From Nitrosopumilus maritimus SCM1 (GTDB taxonomy: Archaea > Thermoproteota > Nitrososphaeria > Nitrososphaerales > Nitrosopumilaceae), in contig NC_010085.1 of NCBI RefSeq assembly GCF_000018465.1, forward strand, positions 1,590,001 through 1,622,000: a stretch of DNA of 32,000 nucleotides. Direction: 5' to 3'. The notes beneath the pieces were generated by a model. The model had not been told where the DNA came from. It saw only the letters and a list, made by a program, of their open reading frames with translations, and made no database searches. Position 1 is the stretch's first letter; every line of letters begins with the position of its first letter. Positions 1 through 7,261 of the stretch are shown piece by piece. The position numbers and the translations under genes were made by a program.

Positions 1-453
1 AAAATTCTATGTACATTTTCAAAAATTCCAAATGAAAAAATTGAAAGTGAAATTAAAAAAATTAAAGAAAAACTAAATGAAAGTTTTGTTGTTGACGTAG
101 AAATCAAAGAAGAAGCATTAGACTCTGGTGCGTCTTTATTAGTTTACAGTATTGATGAGAATTCAATTATAGGAATTGATTCATTATTTGATAAAAAAAT
201 AGAGAGTTTTGACGTAGATCTTGATGGATTTTTAGAAGATATAGCAGTGGATGAGAATCTGGCAGACATGATTGTAGTTCCAGCAAGTGTGGCCAAAGGC
301 AAGACAATCTTTCAAGTCAAAAAAATTACAAAACACTTGGAAACCAACTTGTTTGTAACATCAAAAATTTCTGGTTGCAAATATGGAATAGGCAAATTAC
401 CTAATGGTTTTGAAGTAATTATTGAAGGAACATCATACTCCAGCATCAAGTAA
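1..453 (+). CDS. 3' part of a gene that begins upstream of the window (hypothetical protein)
   Basis: Hand translation shows frame 1 is open from base 1 (KILCTFSKIPNEK...) to the TAA at 451-453. The 247..453 ORF in the track is only its last in-frame GTG segment. I recognise no motif. Confidence 0.55.
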   Translation, partial: KILCTFSKIPNEKIESEIKKIKEKLNESFVVDVEIKEEALDSGASLLVYSIDENSIIGIDSLFDKKIESFDVDLDGFLEDIAVDENLADMIVVPASVAKGKTIFQVKKITKHLETNLFVTSKISGCKYGIGKLPNGFEVIIEGTSYSSIK

Positions 454-930
454 TGCTGCAAAGAATAGTATTGCTACAGATAGAACTACAGTAATTTCTC
501 CAAGAATAATGATTTTTTTTCTTAATTTTTGAATTTGAGGTTCAGGCATTTGGTTTGACATTATTTTATCTTCAACATCTTTTCGAATTACTCGAACATG
601 AACAATGTATGTAATAATTAGTGCAATTACAAGAAGTATCTTGATTATAAGAAAAGTTCCATAACTTGTTGCAACAAGAAGTTCTGGTTTACTTAGTAAC
701 ACATGAGAACTATACAATCCTGTTGCCATCAAAATAATTAATGAAGGGACAGCTACTTTGTTAAATCGTCTTCCAACACGAATCATAATTTGCATTCTTT
801 CTTCAATTGAGTTTGTCATAGTTTTGAGAAGAGGAGAAAAAACTATTCCAATGAATAATGATCCACCTACCCAAATTGCAGCTGCAACAAGATGAATCCA
901 AGTAAGAATTGCTTGCTCTATTGCTGCCAT
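433..930 (-). CDS. CopD-like (copper resistance D family) integral membrane protein
   Basis: 165 aa with an ATG start and 4-5 hydrophobic helices. The first helix, LTWIHLVAAAIWVGGSLF, resembles the conserved CopD-domain helix. This is a motif-memory call only. Confidence 0.55.
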   Translation of the reverse strand: MAAIEQAILTWIHLVAAAIWVGGSLFIGIVFSPLLKTMTNSIEERMQIMIRVGRRFNKVAVPSLIILMATGLYSSHVLLSKPELLVATSYGTFLIIKILLVIALIITYIVHVRVIRKDVEDKIMSNQMPEPQIQKLRKKIIILGEITVVLSVAILFFAALLDAGV

Positions 931-1011
931 AGTTTATCATATTTTGAATGAAATATTATGTATTTGGATCTTGACAACCTTTTTTAGTTGTACGTAATTT
1001 GATAGATTGAA

Positions 1012-1506
1012 ATGGCACTTCAGAGCAGAATGACAGTCTATGTTGCAATAGCAGGAGTTCTTGCCTTGATGGGAGGAATTGTATTCTATGCTAGTTTAGA
1101 TAATGCTCAGTTAGAACAAGCAGAGATTGAATTGTTTAGTGTTGAATTGATAGATGTAGATAATGTAAAAAATCAAGCAAAGTTTGATGTTACATTTCTT
1201 GTAAAAAATCCAAGTGATAAAGCATTTACTGTCGGAGTAATTGATTATCAACTTTTTACTGATGGAGTTGAATTGGGTTCGGGTCAATATTCTGCAATGG
1301 ATGTTGCATTACCAGGAAGAGCAGTATTTTCTTCAGGGGATCAAATACCATTGAAGAGCATATTTGTATTAACAAAATCAGAAACTAGTCCAGAAATTTA
1401 CGAAGATATGATAAATGAAAGAATCAATAGTTTTTCTGCTGAGGGTATGCTCACTACTCAGACTTCGTGGAGTACTATTGACAAAGAATTCAGTACTGGT
1501 TTTTAA
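1012..1506 (+). CDS. N-terminally membrane-anchored LEA_2 / NDR1-HIN1-like domain protein
   Basis: 164 aa with an ATG start. One N-terminal TM helix (VYVAIAGVLALMGGIVFYA) is followed by a beta-rich domain (FDVTFLVKNPSDKAFTV..IDYQLF.DGVELGSG) typical of LEA_2-type folds. A paralog-like gene lies at 6801..7250. Confidence 0.5.
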   Translation: MALQSRMTVYVAIAGVLALMGGIVFYASLDNAQLEQAEIELFSVELIDVDNVKNQAKFDVTFLVKNPSDKAFTVGVIDYQLFTDGVELGSGQYSAMDVALPGRAVFSSGDQIPLKSIFVLTKSETSPEIYEDMINERINSFSAEGMLTTQTSWSTIDKEFSTGF

Positions 1507-1514
1507 TTAAAAAG

Positions 1515-1588
1515 TGGGCCGAGAGAGATTCGAACTCACGATCACCGCCGTGTCGAGGCGGTATCCTAACCAGCTAGACTACCGGCCC
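1515..1588 (-). tRNA. tRNA-Val (anticodon GAC)
   Basis: The reverse complement folds as a 74-nt cloverleaf: GGGCCGG TA GTCT AGCTGGTTA GGAT A CCGCC TCGACAC GGCGG TGATC GTGAG TTCGAAT CTCTC TCGGCCC A. The segment is GC-rich in an AT-rich context. The anticodon loop TCGACAC puts GAC at positions 34-36 (C at position 33 is unusual). Confidence 0.8.
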
Positions 1589-1670
1589 ATTGAAATACAA
1601 AACTAAATTGTGGCATTATTAACGTTTAACAAAAGAAAGGATGAATAAAAAGAAGAAAGGCGTGAATTAG

Positions 1671-2381
1671 TTGGAAGATAATTTTACTGAAGAAGAGAAA
1701 AAAGGATTCTACAAGGCAATTTATTCAAGAAGGGATGTAAGGTCTCATTTTACATCAAGGCCTATTGAAGATGAGGTTCTCTCAAAAATTCTTCATGCAG
1801 CACATCATGCACCATCTGTAGGATTCTCACAGCCATGGAATTTCATTCTGATAAAAGATATTGAAACAAAAAAGAAGATTAAAGCATCATTTGAAGAAGA
1901 AAAGAATCGTTCATCACAATTAGTAGAGGAGCCAAAGAGATCAAAGTATCTTTCATTCAAACTAGAAGGAATTTTAGAATCCCCGGTAAATTTGTGTGTA
2001 ACATATGATCCATCAAAATTTGGCCCATTTGTGATAGGCAGATCCAGCATACCAGAAGCAGGATTGTATAGTGTATGTTGCGCAATTCAAAATTTATGGT
2101 TATCAGCCAGAACAGAAGGAATTGGTCTTGGATGGGTAAGCATTTTATCAAATGAAACACTAAAAGAAAATTTAGAATTACCAGAACATGTTGTTCCTGT
2201 AGCGTATTTGTGTTTAGGATATGTAGATGACTTTGCAGAAAAACCAGATCTTGAAACTGCTGGTTGGTTACCAAGACTTGATCTAAAAGACGTAGTATAC
2301 TTTGAAAAATGGAATGACCAACAAAACGAAAGTTGGAACAGTATTCAAAAAATGATCAAAGAAAATCTTGACTACGCTTAA
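1671..2381 (+). CDS. bluB: 5,6-dimethylbenzimidazole synthase BluB (nitroreductase-fold, cobamide lower-ligand synthesis)
   Basis: 236 aa. It carries the BluB-type N-terminal signature YKAIYSRRDVRSHF followed by HHAPSVGFSQPWNF. The only upstream in-frame start is TTG at 1671. Confidence 0.85.
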   Translation: MEDNFTEEEKKGFYKAIYSRRDVRSHFTSRPIEDEVLSKILHAAHHAPSVGFSQPWNFILIKDIETKKKIKASFEEEKNRSSQLVEEPKRSKYLSFKLEGILESPVNLCVTYDPSKFGPFVIGRSSIPEAGLYSVCCAIQNLWLSARTEGIGLGWVSILSNETLKENLELPEHVVPVAYLCLGYVDDFAEKPDLETAGWLPRLDLKDVVYFEKWNDQQNESWNSIQKMIKENLDYA

Positions 2382-2394
2382 ATAATTAAGAATG

Positions 2395-2402
2395 TTTTTT
2401 TT
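2395..2402 (+). terminator. oligo-T tract (archaeal intrinsic terminator type) after bluB
   Basis: A run of 8 T starts 14 nt after the bluB stop codon. Archaeal RNA polymerase terminates at oligo-T. Confidence 0.4.
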
Positions 2403-2405
2403 GCT

Positions 2406-2498
2406 GGGCTTGTGGCGCAGAGTCAATTTGACGCGAAACATGGATAGCGTGGTAGCCTCCTAAGTTACAGGTCGAGGGATCGAAGCCCTCCAAGCCCG
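2406..2498 (+). tRNA. tRNA-Arg (anticodon CCT) with a ~17-20 nt insertion (non-canonical intron) in the D-loop
   Basis: Perfect 7-bp acceptor stem (GGGCTTG/CAAGCCC). Intact anticodon arm GTAGC CTCCTAA GTTAC with the anticodon at 2459-2461. Variable loop AGGTC and T arm GAGGG ATCGAAG CCCTC. The D stem GCGC...GCGT encloses 28 nt (AGAGTCAATTTGACGCGAAACATGGATA) where 8-11 nt is usual. Total length is 93 nt. Confidence 0.75.
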
Positions 2499-2509
2499 TT
2501 TTGTTTTTT
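2499..2509 (+). terminator. oligo-T tract directly after tRNA-Arg
   Basis: TTTTGTTTTTT immediately follows the discriminator base. Confidence 0.4.
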
Positions 2510-2548
2510 GTTCTAGAAATTTAAATAGAAAAAAGATTGGCTCTAGTT

Positions 2549-3073
2549 ATGAAAGTTGTAGTAATTTCTGGTAGTCCAAGAAAAAATGCAAATACACAGA
2601 TTATAATGAAATATGTTTACGAATACACAAAATCAAAGAATCAAGATGTTAAACTCATCAATTTATCTGACGGACAAATTGAATGCTATAGAGGTCCTGA
2701 AGAAGAATATAATCAAGCAACAAAAGATGCTGCTAAAGACATTATGGAGGCAGATGTATGGCTAATTGGTTCCCCAATTTACAATTCATTTTTCAGTTCT
2801 GCGCTCAAAAACTTGTTTGAATATATCAATTACAAGGAAACTGCAGGAAAGGTTGCAGGAATGGCAATTTTGGCTGCAGGAAATATAGGGTTCATTGATG
2901 TTCAAACATTAATCACTCAGTTATTGTCATACTTCAGAGTAATCACAAATCCAAAAGCCGTTTTCTTAACTACAGAATCAATAAATGAAAATAATATTTC
3001 AGAAGATGGACAAACTAGACTAAAAGAAATGGTTGATGAGACTTTGAAAATGGCAGAAAAACTAGAAGATTAA
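2549..3073 (+). CDS. NAD(P)H-dependent FMN reductase (flavodoxin-like fold)
   Basis: MKVVVISGSPRKNANT at the N-terminus and IGSPIYNSFFSSALKNLFEY are classic FMN_red family motifs. The ORF track starts at TTG 2537. I prefer ATG 2549 because beta-strand 1 normally follows the initiator Met directly. Confidence 0.8.
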   Translation: MKVVVISGSPRKNANTQIIMKYVYEYTKSKNQDVKLINLSDGQIECYRGPEEEYNQATKDAAKDIMEADVWLIGSPIYNSFFSSALKNLFEYINYKETAGKVAGMAILAAGNIGFIDVQTLITQLLSYFRVITNPKAVFLTTESINENNISEDGQTRLKEMVDETLKMAEKLED

Positions 3074-3310
3074 TCAATATGATTTTTAAAATATATAAAT
3101 TCTAACATGGAAAAAATTTCAAATGTTTTTTGAATTATATAGATTTTAAAATATTGAAAATTTATTTGATAAAATTCTAAAAATTATCAAATCCAACATG
3201 AACATACTTATTAAAAATTAATTTTGGATTTAAGATATCTCTGAGTTTTCCAAATATTACATTGAAAAACTGTAAAAGTCAAATACTAACAATAACTAGA
3301 AAATATACAA

Positions 3311-3430
3311 TTGAGTAACAAAAAAGATCCCACAGAACTATGTTCATGTAAATGTCATTATGGGGGAGCAGAAAGTTGTCCAGATTGTAAGAATAATCAT
3401 GGAATTGTTTGTTCCCATTGTAAAGAATAG
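3311..3430 (+). CDS. candidate 39-aa cysteine-rich micro-protein
   Basis: Hand translation gives (TTG)MSNKKDPTELCSCKCHYGGAESCPDCKNNHGIVCSHCKE*. It has 7 Cys and 3 His, including CPDC and CSHC pairs. An in-frame TAA lies at 3293-3295. It is below the ORF-track cutoff, has a non-ATG start, and has no clear TATA box at -25. Confidence 0.3.
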   Translation: MSNKKDPTELCSCKCHYGGAESCPDCKNNHGIVCSHCKE

Positions 3431-3431
3431 A

Positions 3432-3893
3432 TTATTTCTTTTTTGATGCTAACATTTTCAAATTAGCTAATTCAGTTTTTAATGATTCAATCTGTACAAG
3501 AGTTTGTAGATTAGAAATTTCTTGATTTAATCTTTCAATTTCACTGTCTTTTAGTTTTACAGTTTCTTTTAGATTGTTTAATTCAGAAGATAATTCAGTT
3601 TGAACTTGTTTAATTTCTGAAAGACTTACTTGTGTACCAGTTGTTGTGGTTTGAACTGTTTGTGCGTTACTCAAGCTTTTTTTTTCGCTGTGATGGGCAT
3701 GTTTATGCATGTAGTCTGTACTTTTTTGAGATATCCAGCAAGTAAATACCAGGAACCACATAATTGGGACTGCCATAATGAATACAAAGTTCAGTATTGG
3801 GGCAAAGTCTACAAAGTATGGCCAAAGTGCAGTCAATATTGCTGCAAACACAGCAGTTACAACTGTAGCCAAATGGTTTCCTAAATATCCCAT
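3432..3893 (-). CDS. membrane protein with C-terminal coiled coil (hypothetical)
   Basis: 153 aa with an ATG start. Two N-terminal TM helices are followed by a heptad-like region (LSEIKQVQTELSSELNNLKETVKLKDSEIERLNQEISNLQTLVQIESLKTELANLK). Confidence 0.6.
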   Translation of the reverse strand: MGYLGNHLATVVTAVFAAILTALWPYFVDFAPILNFVFIMAVPIMWFLVFTCWISQKSTDYMHKHAHHSEKKSLSNAQTVQTTTTGTQVSLSEIKQVQTELSSELNNLKETVKLKDSEIERLNQEISNLQTLVQIESLKTELANLKMLASKKK

Positions 3894-3977
3894 AAATGAT
3901 TTGAAAAATTCATTGTTTATAATAGTAATGGTGAAATTCAGAGAATAATAATAATTAAAAAGAAAAAAGAGCCGAAT

Positions 3978-4208
3978 TTACTCGTCTTCTTCAGAAGCAG
4001 TTGTTGCTTTAGGCATATCAGATTGTAGGATTTGGATTTTTTGTAATAATTCAGTTCTTAGATCCCTTGCAACTCTTCTTACAGTAGGTCTTGGAACACC
4101 AAGCTCATCAACAACTTTGGTATAGATGTCTTGTTTGTCAGTTACCCCTTTGTCAAGATATGAATTAATTGCTTCTTTAATGATCGTACTCTGGTTTGTG
4201 CGATTCAA
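3978..4208 (-). CDS. small helix-turn-helix DNA-binding protein with acidic tail (hypothetical)
   Basis: 76 aa. DELGVPRPTVRRVARDL looks like an HTH recognition segment. TTG is the only start. A TATA-like box lies 23-32 nt upstream. Confidence 0.6.
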   Translation of the reverse strand: MNRTNQSTIIKEAINSYLDKGVTDKQDIYTKVVDELGVPRPTVRRVARDLRTELLQKIQILQSDMPKATTASEEDE

Positions 4209-4230
4209 CGAATTCTAAATTCTAACTGTT

Positions 4231-4240
4231 CTATATAAGA
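4231..4240 (-). promoter_or_regulatory. TATA-like box for the 3978..4208 gene
   Basis: The minus strand reads TCTTATATAG, centred about 28 nt upstream of the TTG at 4208. This implies a leaderless or near-leaderless mRNA. Confidence 0.35.
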
Positions 4241-4445
4241 CTATAACTTTTGAAATTTCAAAATTTTAATTTATAAGAAATTCATACTTTTCATTACAAA
4301 AAAATTCAAAGTCTTCAAAATAGTTATCTATCAACGAAAAACGTACTGAGAGTTGTAGATTTTTCAAAATAGATATGCAATCTATAAGAATTATCAAAAG
4401 TATTTTCGCAAAAGACTCTTATGATAATAGTTCAGAGTACTTCAT

Positions 4446-4922
4446 ATGACTACAGCAAATATTGAAACAAATTTTGGAAAAATTTCGTTTAAGCTTCTAC
4501 CAGATTTGGCTCCTGAGACAGTAAGAAACTTTGAAAAATTAGCCAAAGATGGATTCTATGATGGAACATTATTTCACAGAGTAATACCAGGATTTATGAT
4601 TCAAGGTGGAGACCCAAATACAAAAACAGATAACAAAAGTTCATGGGGTACAGGCGGTCCTGGATACAATGTAAAAGCAGAATTCAATTCGAGATCTCAT
4701 TTACGTGGAATTGTTTCAATGGCTAGAGCACAAGATCCAGATAGTGCAGGCTCACAATTCTTCATAGTTACAGCTGACAGTACATTCCTAGATAGACAGT
4801 ATACTGTATTTGGAGAGGTCACTGAAGGCATGGATGTAGCAGACAAAATTGTAAATCTCGAGAGAGACGGCAACGATTGTCCTTTGGAAAAAGCACAGAT
4901 GACTCGTGTAACTGTGGAATAA
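4446..4922 (+). CDS. peptidyl-prolyl cis-trans isomerase, cyclophilin type
   Basis: Carries FHRVIPGFMIQGGDP, SMARAQDPDSAGSQFFI and TVFGEV, the canonical cyclophilin motifs. 158 aa. Confidence 0.95.
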   Translation: MTTANIETNFGKISFKLLPDLAPETVRNFEKLAKDGFYDGTLFHRVIPGFMIQGGDPNTKTDNKSSWGTGGPGYNVKAEFNSRSHLRGIVSMARAQDPDSAGSQFFIVTADSTFLDRQYTVFGEVTEGMDVADKIVNLERDGNDCPLEKAQMTRVTVE

Positions 4923-5819
4923 ATGAATTCAAAAATTTTTGCAGTTTTAGTTATTGTTTCTCTTGTAGCTGTAATTCCTACAGCTTATGCACAAGTTTCA
5001 ATTGCAGAAAAAGCTGATCAGAAATTAGTTGAAGTTAGGATTGACTTGGAAGGAAATGTTCATGTGACACATGTAATTGATGATACAAAATCGCCTAAAC
5101 AGGTTGATTTGATATCTGGAACAGTTTCAAATATTTCAGTCATAGATAAACAGGGAGGAGAAAAACAATTCTCAGTTGTTGGAGATAATAATGCAGTGTT
5201 AATTTTACCATCTAACGAAGATTCTATTTTACAATATGAGCTTGATGATGTTATTTCAGAAATAAATGATATATGGACATGGGATTTTTTGTATCTTGAA
5301 AGTACTTCTTTTATTTTACCTGAAGAAGTTGATTTGGTATTTGTAAATGAAAGACCTGTTTATCTTGGGGACATGAAAGGAATTAATTGTCATGGATGTC
5401 AGATGTTATTAGAATATTCTATAAACAAATTACAAATCAAACAAAACGTAGAATGGGAAGATAAACAATTTCTAGTAGAGATTGTTAGTAATTCCAATGT
5501 TGATAATTTTGTTTTTGATCAACCATCAAAGAGTATTGCTTTTGATGTTTCTGAAAAAAATAGATTTGTTAATACTGTGATCCCATTGGAATTACTATGG
5601 GGCCCTTATTCTGTATTTTTAGATGACGAAAAAATGTTTTATCAAGAATACTTCAATAATGGAACACATGTTTGGGTGACAATTGTTCCGGAAACATCAG
5701 GAGAAGTAACAATAATTGGAACAACTGTAGTGCCTGAATTTTCAATAATGTTACCATTAATCATAGGATTTTTTGTAATTCTTGCTATGCCTTTTATGAA
5801 AAAATTTAATCTCCGCTAG
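4923..5819 (+). CDS. exported surface protein with PEF-type C-terminal sorting signal
   Basis: N-terminal signal peptide (IFAVLVIVSLVAVIPTAYAQ). The C-terminus, TTVVPEFSIMLPLIIGFFVILAMPFMKKFNLR, is a PEF motif plus a TM helix plus a basic tail. Its ATG abuts the cyclophilin stop codon (TAA ATG). Confidence 0.7.
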   Translation: MNSKIFAVLVIVSLVAVIPTAYAQVSIAEKADQKLVEVRIDLEGNVHVTHVIDDTKSPKQVDLISGTVSNISVIDKQGGEKQFSVVGDNNAVLILPSNEDSILQYELDDVISEINDIWTWDFLYLESTSFILPEEVDLVFVNERPVYLGDMKGINCHGCQMLLEYSINKLQIKQNVEWEDKQFLVEIVSNSNVDNFVFDQPSKSIAFDVSEKNRFVNTVIPLELLWGPYSVFLDDEKMFYQEYFNNGTHVWVTIVPETSGEVTIIGTTVVPEFSIMLPLIIGFFVILAMPFMKKFNLR

Positions 5820-5982
5820 AACCACATGAACAAAATCCATACTCGTCAATTCTAACATCACAAACAGGGCATTTTTCACCATAATCTACTTCCCATGGTT
5901 CTTTTCCAAATAATCTAAAATGATCATCAATTTCAATTGGAATTTCTCGTTTCTTTTCCAATAATTTGTATAGGTGTTGCAA
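5806..5982 (-). CDS. candidate small zinc-ribbon-like protein (51-58 aa)
   Basis: Hand translation gives (TTG)QHLYKL(TTG)EKKREIPIEIDDHFRLFGKEPWEVDYGEKCPVCDVRIDEYGFCSCGSSGD*. It has CPVC and CSC pairs. Only TTG starts are available (5982 or 5961). It overlaps the 3' end of 4923..5819 by 14 nt and is below the ORF-track cutoff. Confidence 0.3.
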   Translation of the reverse strand: MQHLYKLLEKKREIPIEIDDHFRLFGKEPWEVDYGEKCPVCDVRIDEYGFCSCGSSGD

Positions 5983-6008
5983 CTATACATACATTATCGG
6001 AGAAAATA

Positions 6009-6197
6009 ATGAAAATCGAATGTGGATGTCATTGTATCAAATGTGGAAGCACAAATTTAGAATCCAATAGAGTCGGAGAGATAGAGAAAGACGGATATTT
6101 TGATATGCATCACACATGCAATGAATGCAATACACATTTTGATCACTTAGATGGAGAAATTTTTTCTAGTTGTGAAAAATGTAATTTTTCTAGTTAG
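6009..6197 (+). CDS. small zinc-ribbon protein (62 aa)
   Basis: MKIECGCHCIKCGSTN...HHTCNECNTHF...SCEKCNFSS contains several CxxC pairs. ATG 6009 lies about 22 nt downstream of a TATA-like CTATACATA. The track's TTG 5937 start would add a hydrophobic leader and overlap the candidate minus-strand ORF. Confidence 0.5.
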   Translation: MKIECGCHCIKCGSTNLESNRVGEIEKDGYFDMHHTCNECNTHFDHLDGEIFSSCEKCNFSS

Positions 6198-6672
6198 TGA
6201 TTAAAGATTCTTCAACAAAGTAATGAGTTCTATTCTCATTAGAGTTTTTTAAAATTTCTTTATTTGATGCCATTTTTGCTAATGCTTTTGACACATCTAA
6301 AGGACTGGCTGCCCAACCATATTCAGATAATTGTTCAACAACTTCTGAAACTGTTCGAGGTGAATCAAAGAATCTACTAGTTTCCAAAATACGTAATTTT
6401 GATTTCACTTCATTTGCTGCAATACGTGTAGGTTCATTAAATTCTGGTTCAAATATTTCTGCATCATCAAGAGATTCTAAACCAGATTGAGTGGGAATTT
6501 CAATAGGAGTTGTAACAGGTTCAGTTTCATAAACAATTTTTGCATGACTTTCAGGCAAATGATTTGATATATTTTGGATAATTTCTCCTAAAGTTTGATT
6601 ATCAACGTAAAAATCTCTAGAATCAACCTCAATTTCATTCTCTCCTAGCTTGAGTTTTATTCTAGCCATCAT
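6190..6672 (-). CDS. hypothetical protein (possible C-terminal winged-helix)
   Basis: 160-aa ORF with an ATG start. No catalytic motif. The C-terminal third (RTVSEVVEQLSEYGWAASPLDVSKALAKM) looks wHTH-like. Confidence 0.55.
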   Translation of the reverse strand: MMARIKLKLGENEIEVDSRDFYVDNQTLGEIIQNISNHLPESHAKIVYETEPVTTPIEIPTQSGLESLDDAEIFEPEFNEPTRIAANEVKSKLRILETSRFFDSPRTVSEVVEQLSEYGWAASPLDVSKALAKMASNKEILKNSNENRTHYFVEESLITN

Positions 6673-6800
6673 AAAATAATCATGTAATTTTGATTTATTT
6701 TACTAGCTCTAAGGAGCTTTAAGAGTAAATCAAATCTTTTACACAATTTATTGGGATTTTTTTCCCTTTGGGTTAAAATGCAATTTTTTCAAAATTAATC

Positions 6801-7250
6801 ATGAATTCATCAAAGAAGGGTGGATTGATTGTTCTCTTCATTCTAGGAATGAGTATTTTTGGATATTCACAATACGCTTCAGCATCCCAAATAGGAATAA
6901 GCGTAACTCAGAGTGAATTATTGAGTGAGAATGAAAAAGGAGCAGAATACAATATTGAATTACAATTTGAAAATCCTTCATTGTTAATTTTAACTTCAGG
7001 CACAACTGAATTCTTTGTTATTGCAGATGAACAAATGGTGGGCAAAGGTCAGTTAGAACCATTCACAGTACAACCTCTAGATAGCACTCATGTTAAGGGA
7101 ATTTTTCACACAGATTCAGATGGTAAAGATGTTCAATCAGTAAAAATTACAGGTGTGACAAAATACGATGCATTCTTCACATCAATTGATATTCCATTTG
7201 TATATTATCCAACAGAAGAACAAGCAAGAGAATTTATACATCAAGATTAA
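6801..7250 (+). CDS. exported LEA_2-like beta-sandwich protein (hypothetical)
   Basis: Signal/anchor segment GGLIVLFILGMSIFGYSQYASA, then YNIELQFENPSLLILTSG..FFVIADEQMVGKG. The layout matches that of 1012..1506. Confidence 0.55.
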   Translation: MNSSKKGGLIVLFILGMSIFGYSQYASASQIGISVTQSELLSENEKGAEYNIELQFENPSLLILTSGTTEFFVIADEQMVGKGQLEPFTVQPLDSTHVKGIFHTDSDGKDVQSVKITGVTKYDAFFTSIDIPFVYYPTEEQAREFIHQD

Positions 7251-7261
7251 TTTCTTGACAA

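Noticed and set aside
247-453. 68-aa ORF listed as an independent gene
   Set aside because: The same frame is open all the way back to base 1. It is the tail of a longer gene that starts upstream of the window.
3074-3310. Long, extremely AT-rich spacer with loosely repeated GATTTT(T)AAAATAT and AAATTCTAA(C) motifs (AATTCTAAC-like strings also occur at 4211-4227 and 5848-5858); considered as a replication origin or ncRNA
   Set aside because: The repeats are short, degenerate and made of low-complexity A/T words expected by chance at this base composition. There are no long ORB-like inverted repeats, no adjacent orc1/cdc6 gene, and no GC-rich structured segment suggesting an RNA gene.
5937-6008. 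TTG 5937 start for the zinc-ribbon gene (86-aa model in the ORF track)
   Set aside because: An ATG at 6009 with a TATA-like box at the usual distance gives a compact 62-aa Zn-ribbon. The extension is hydrophobic and overlaps a candidate divergent ORF. This start is not fully excluded.
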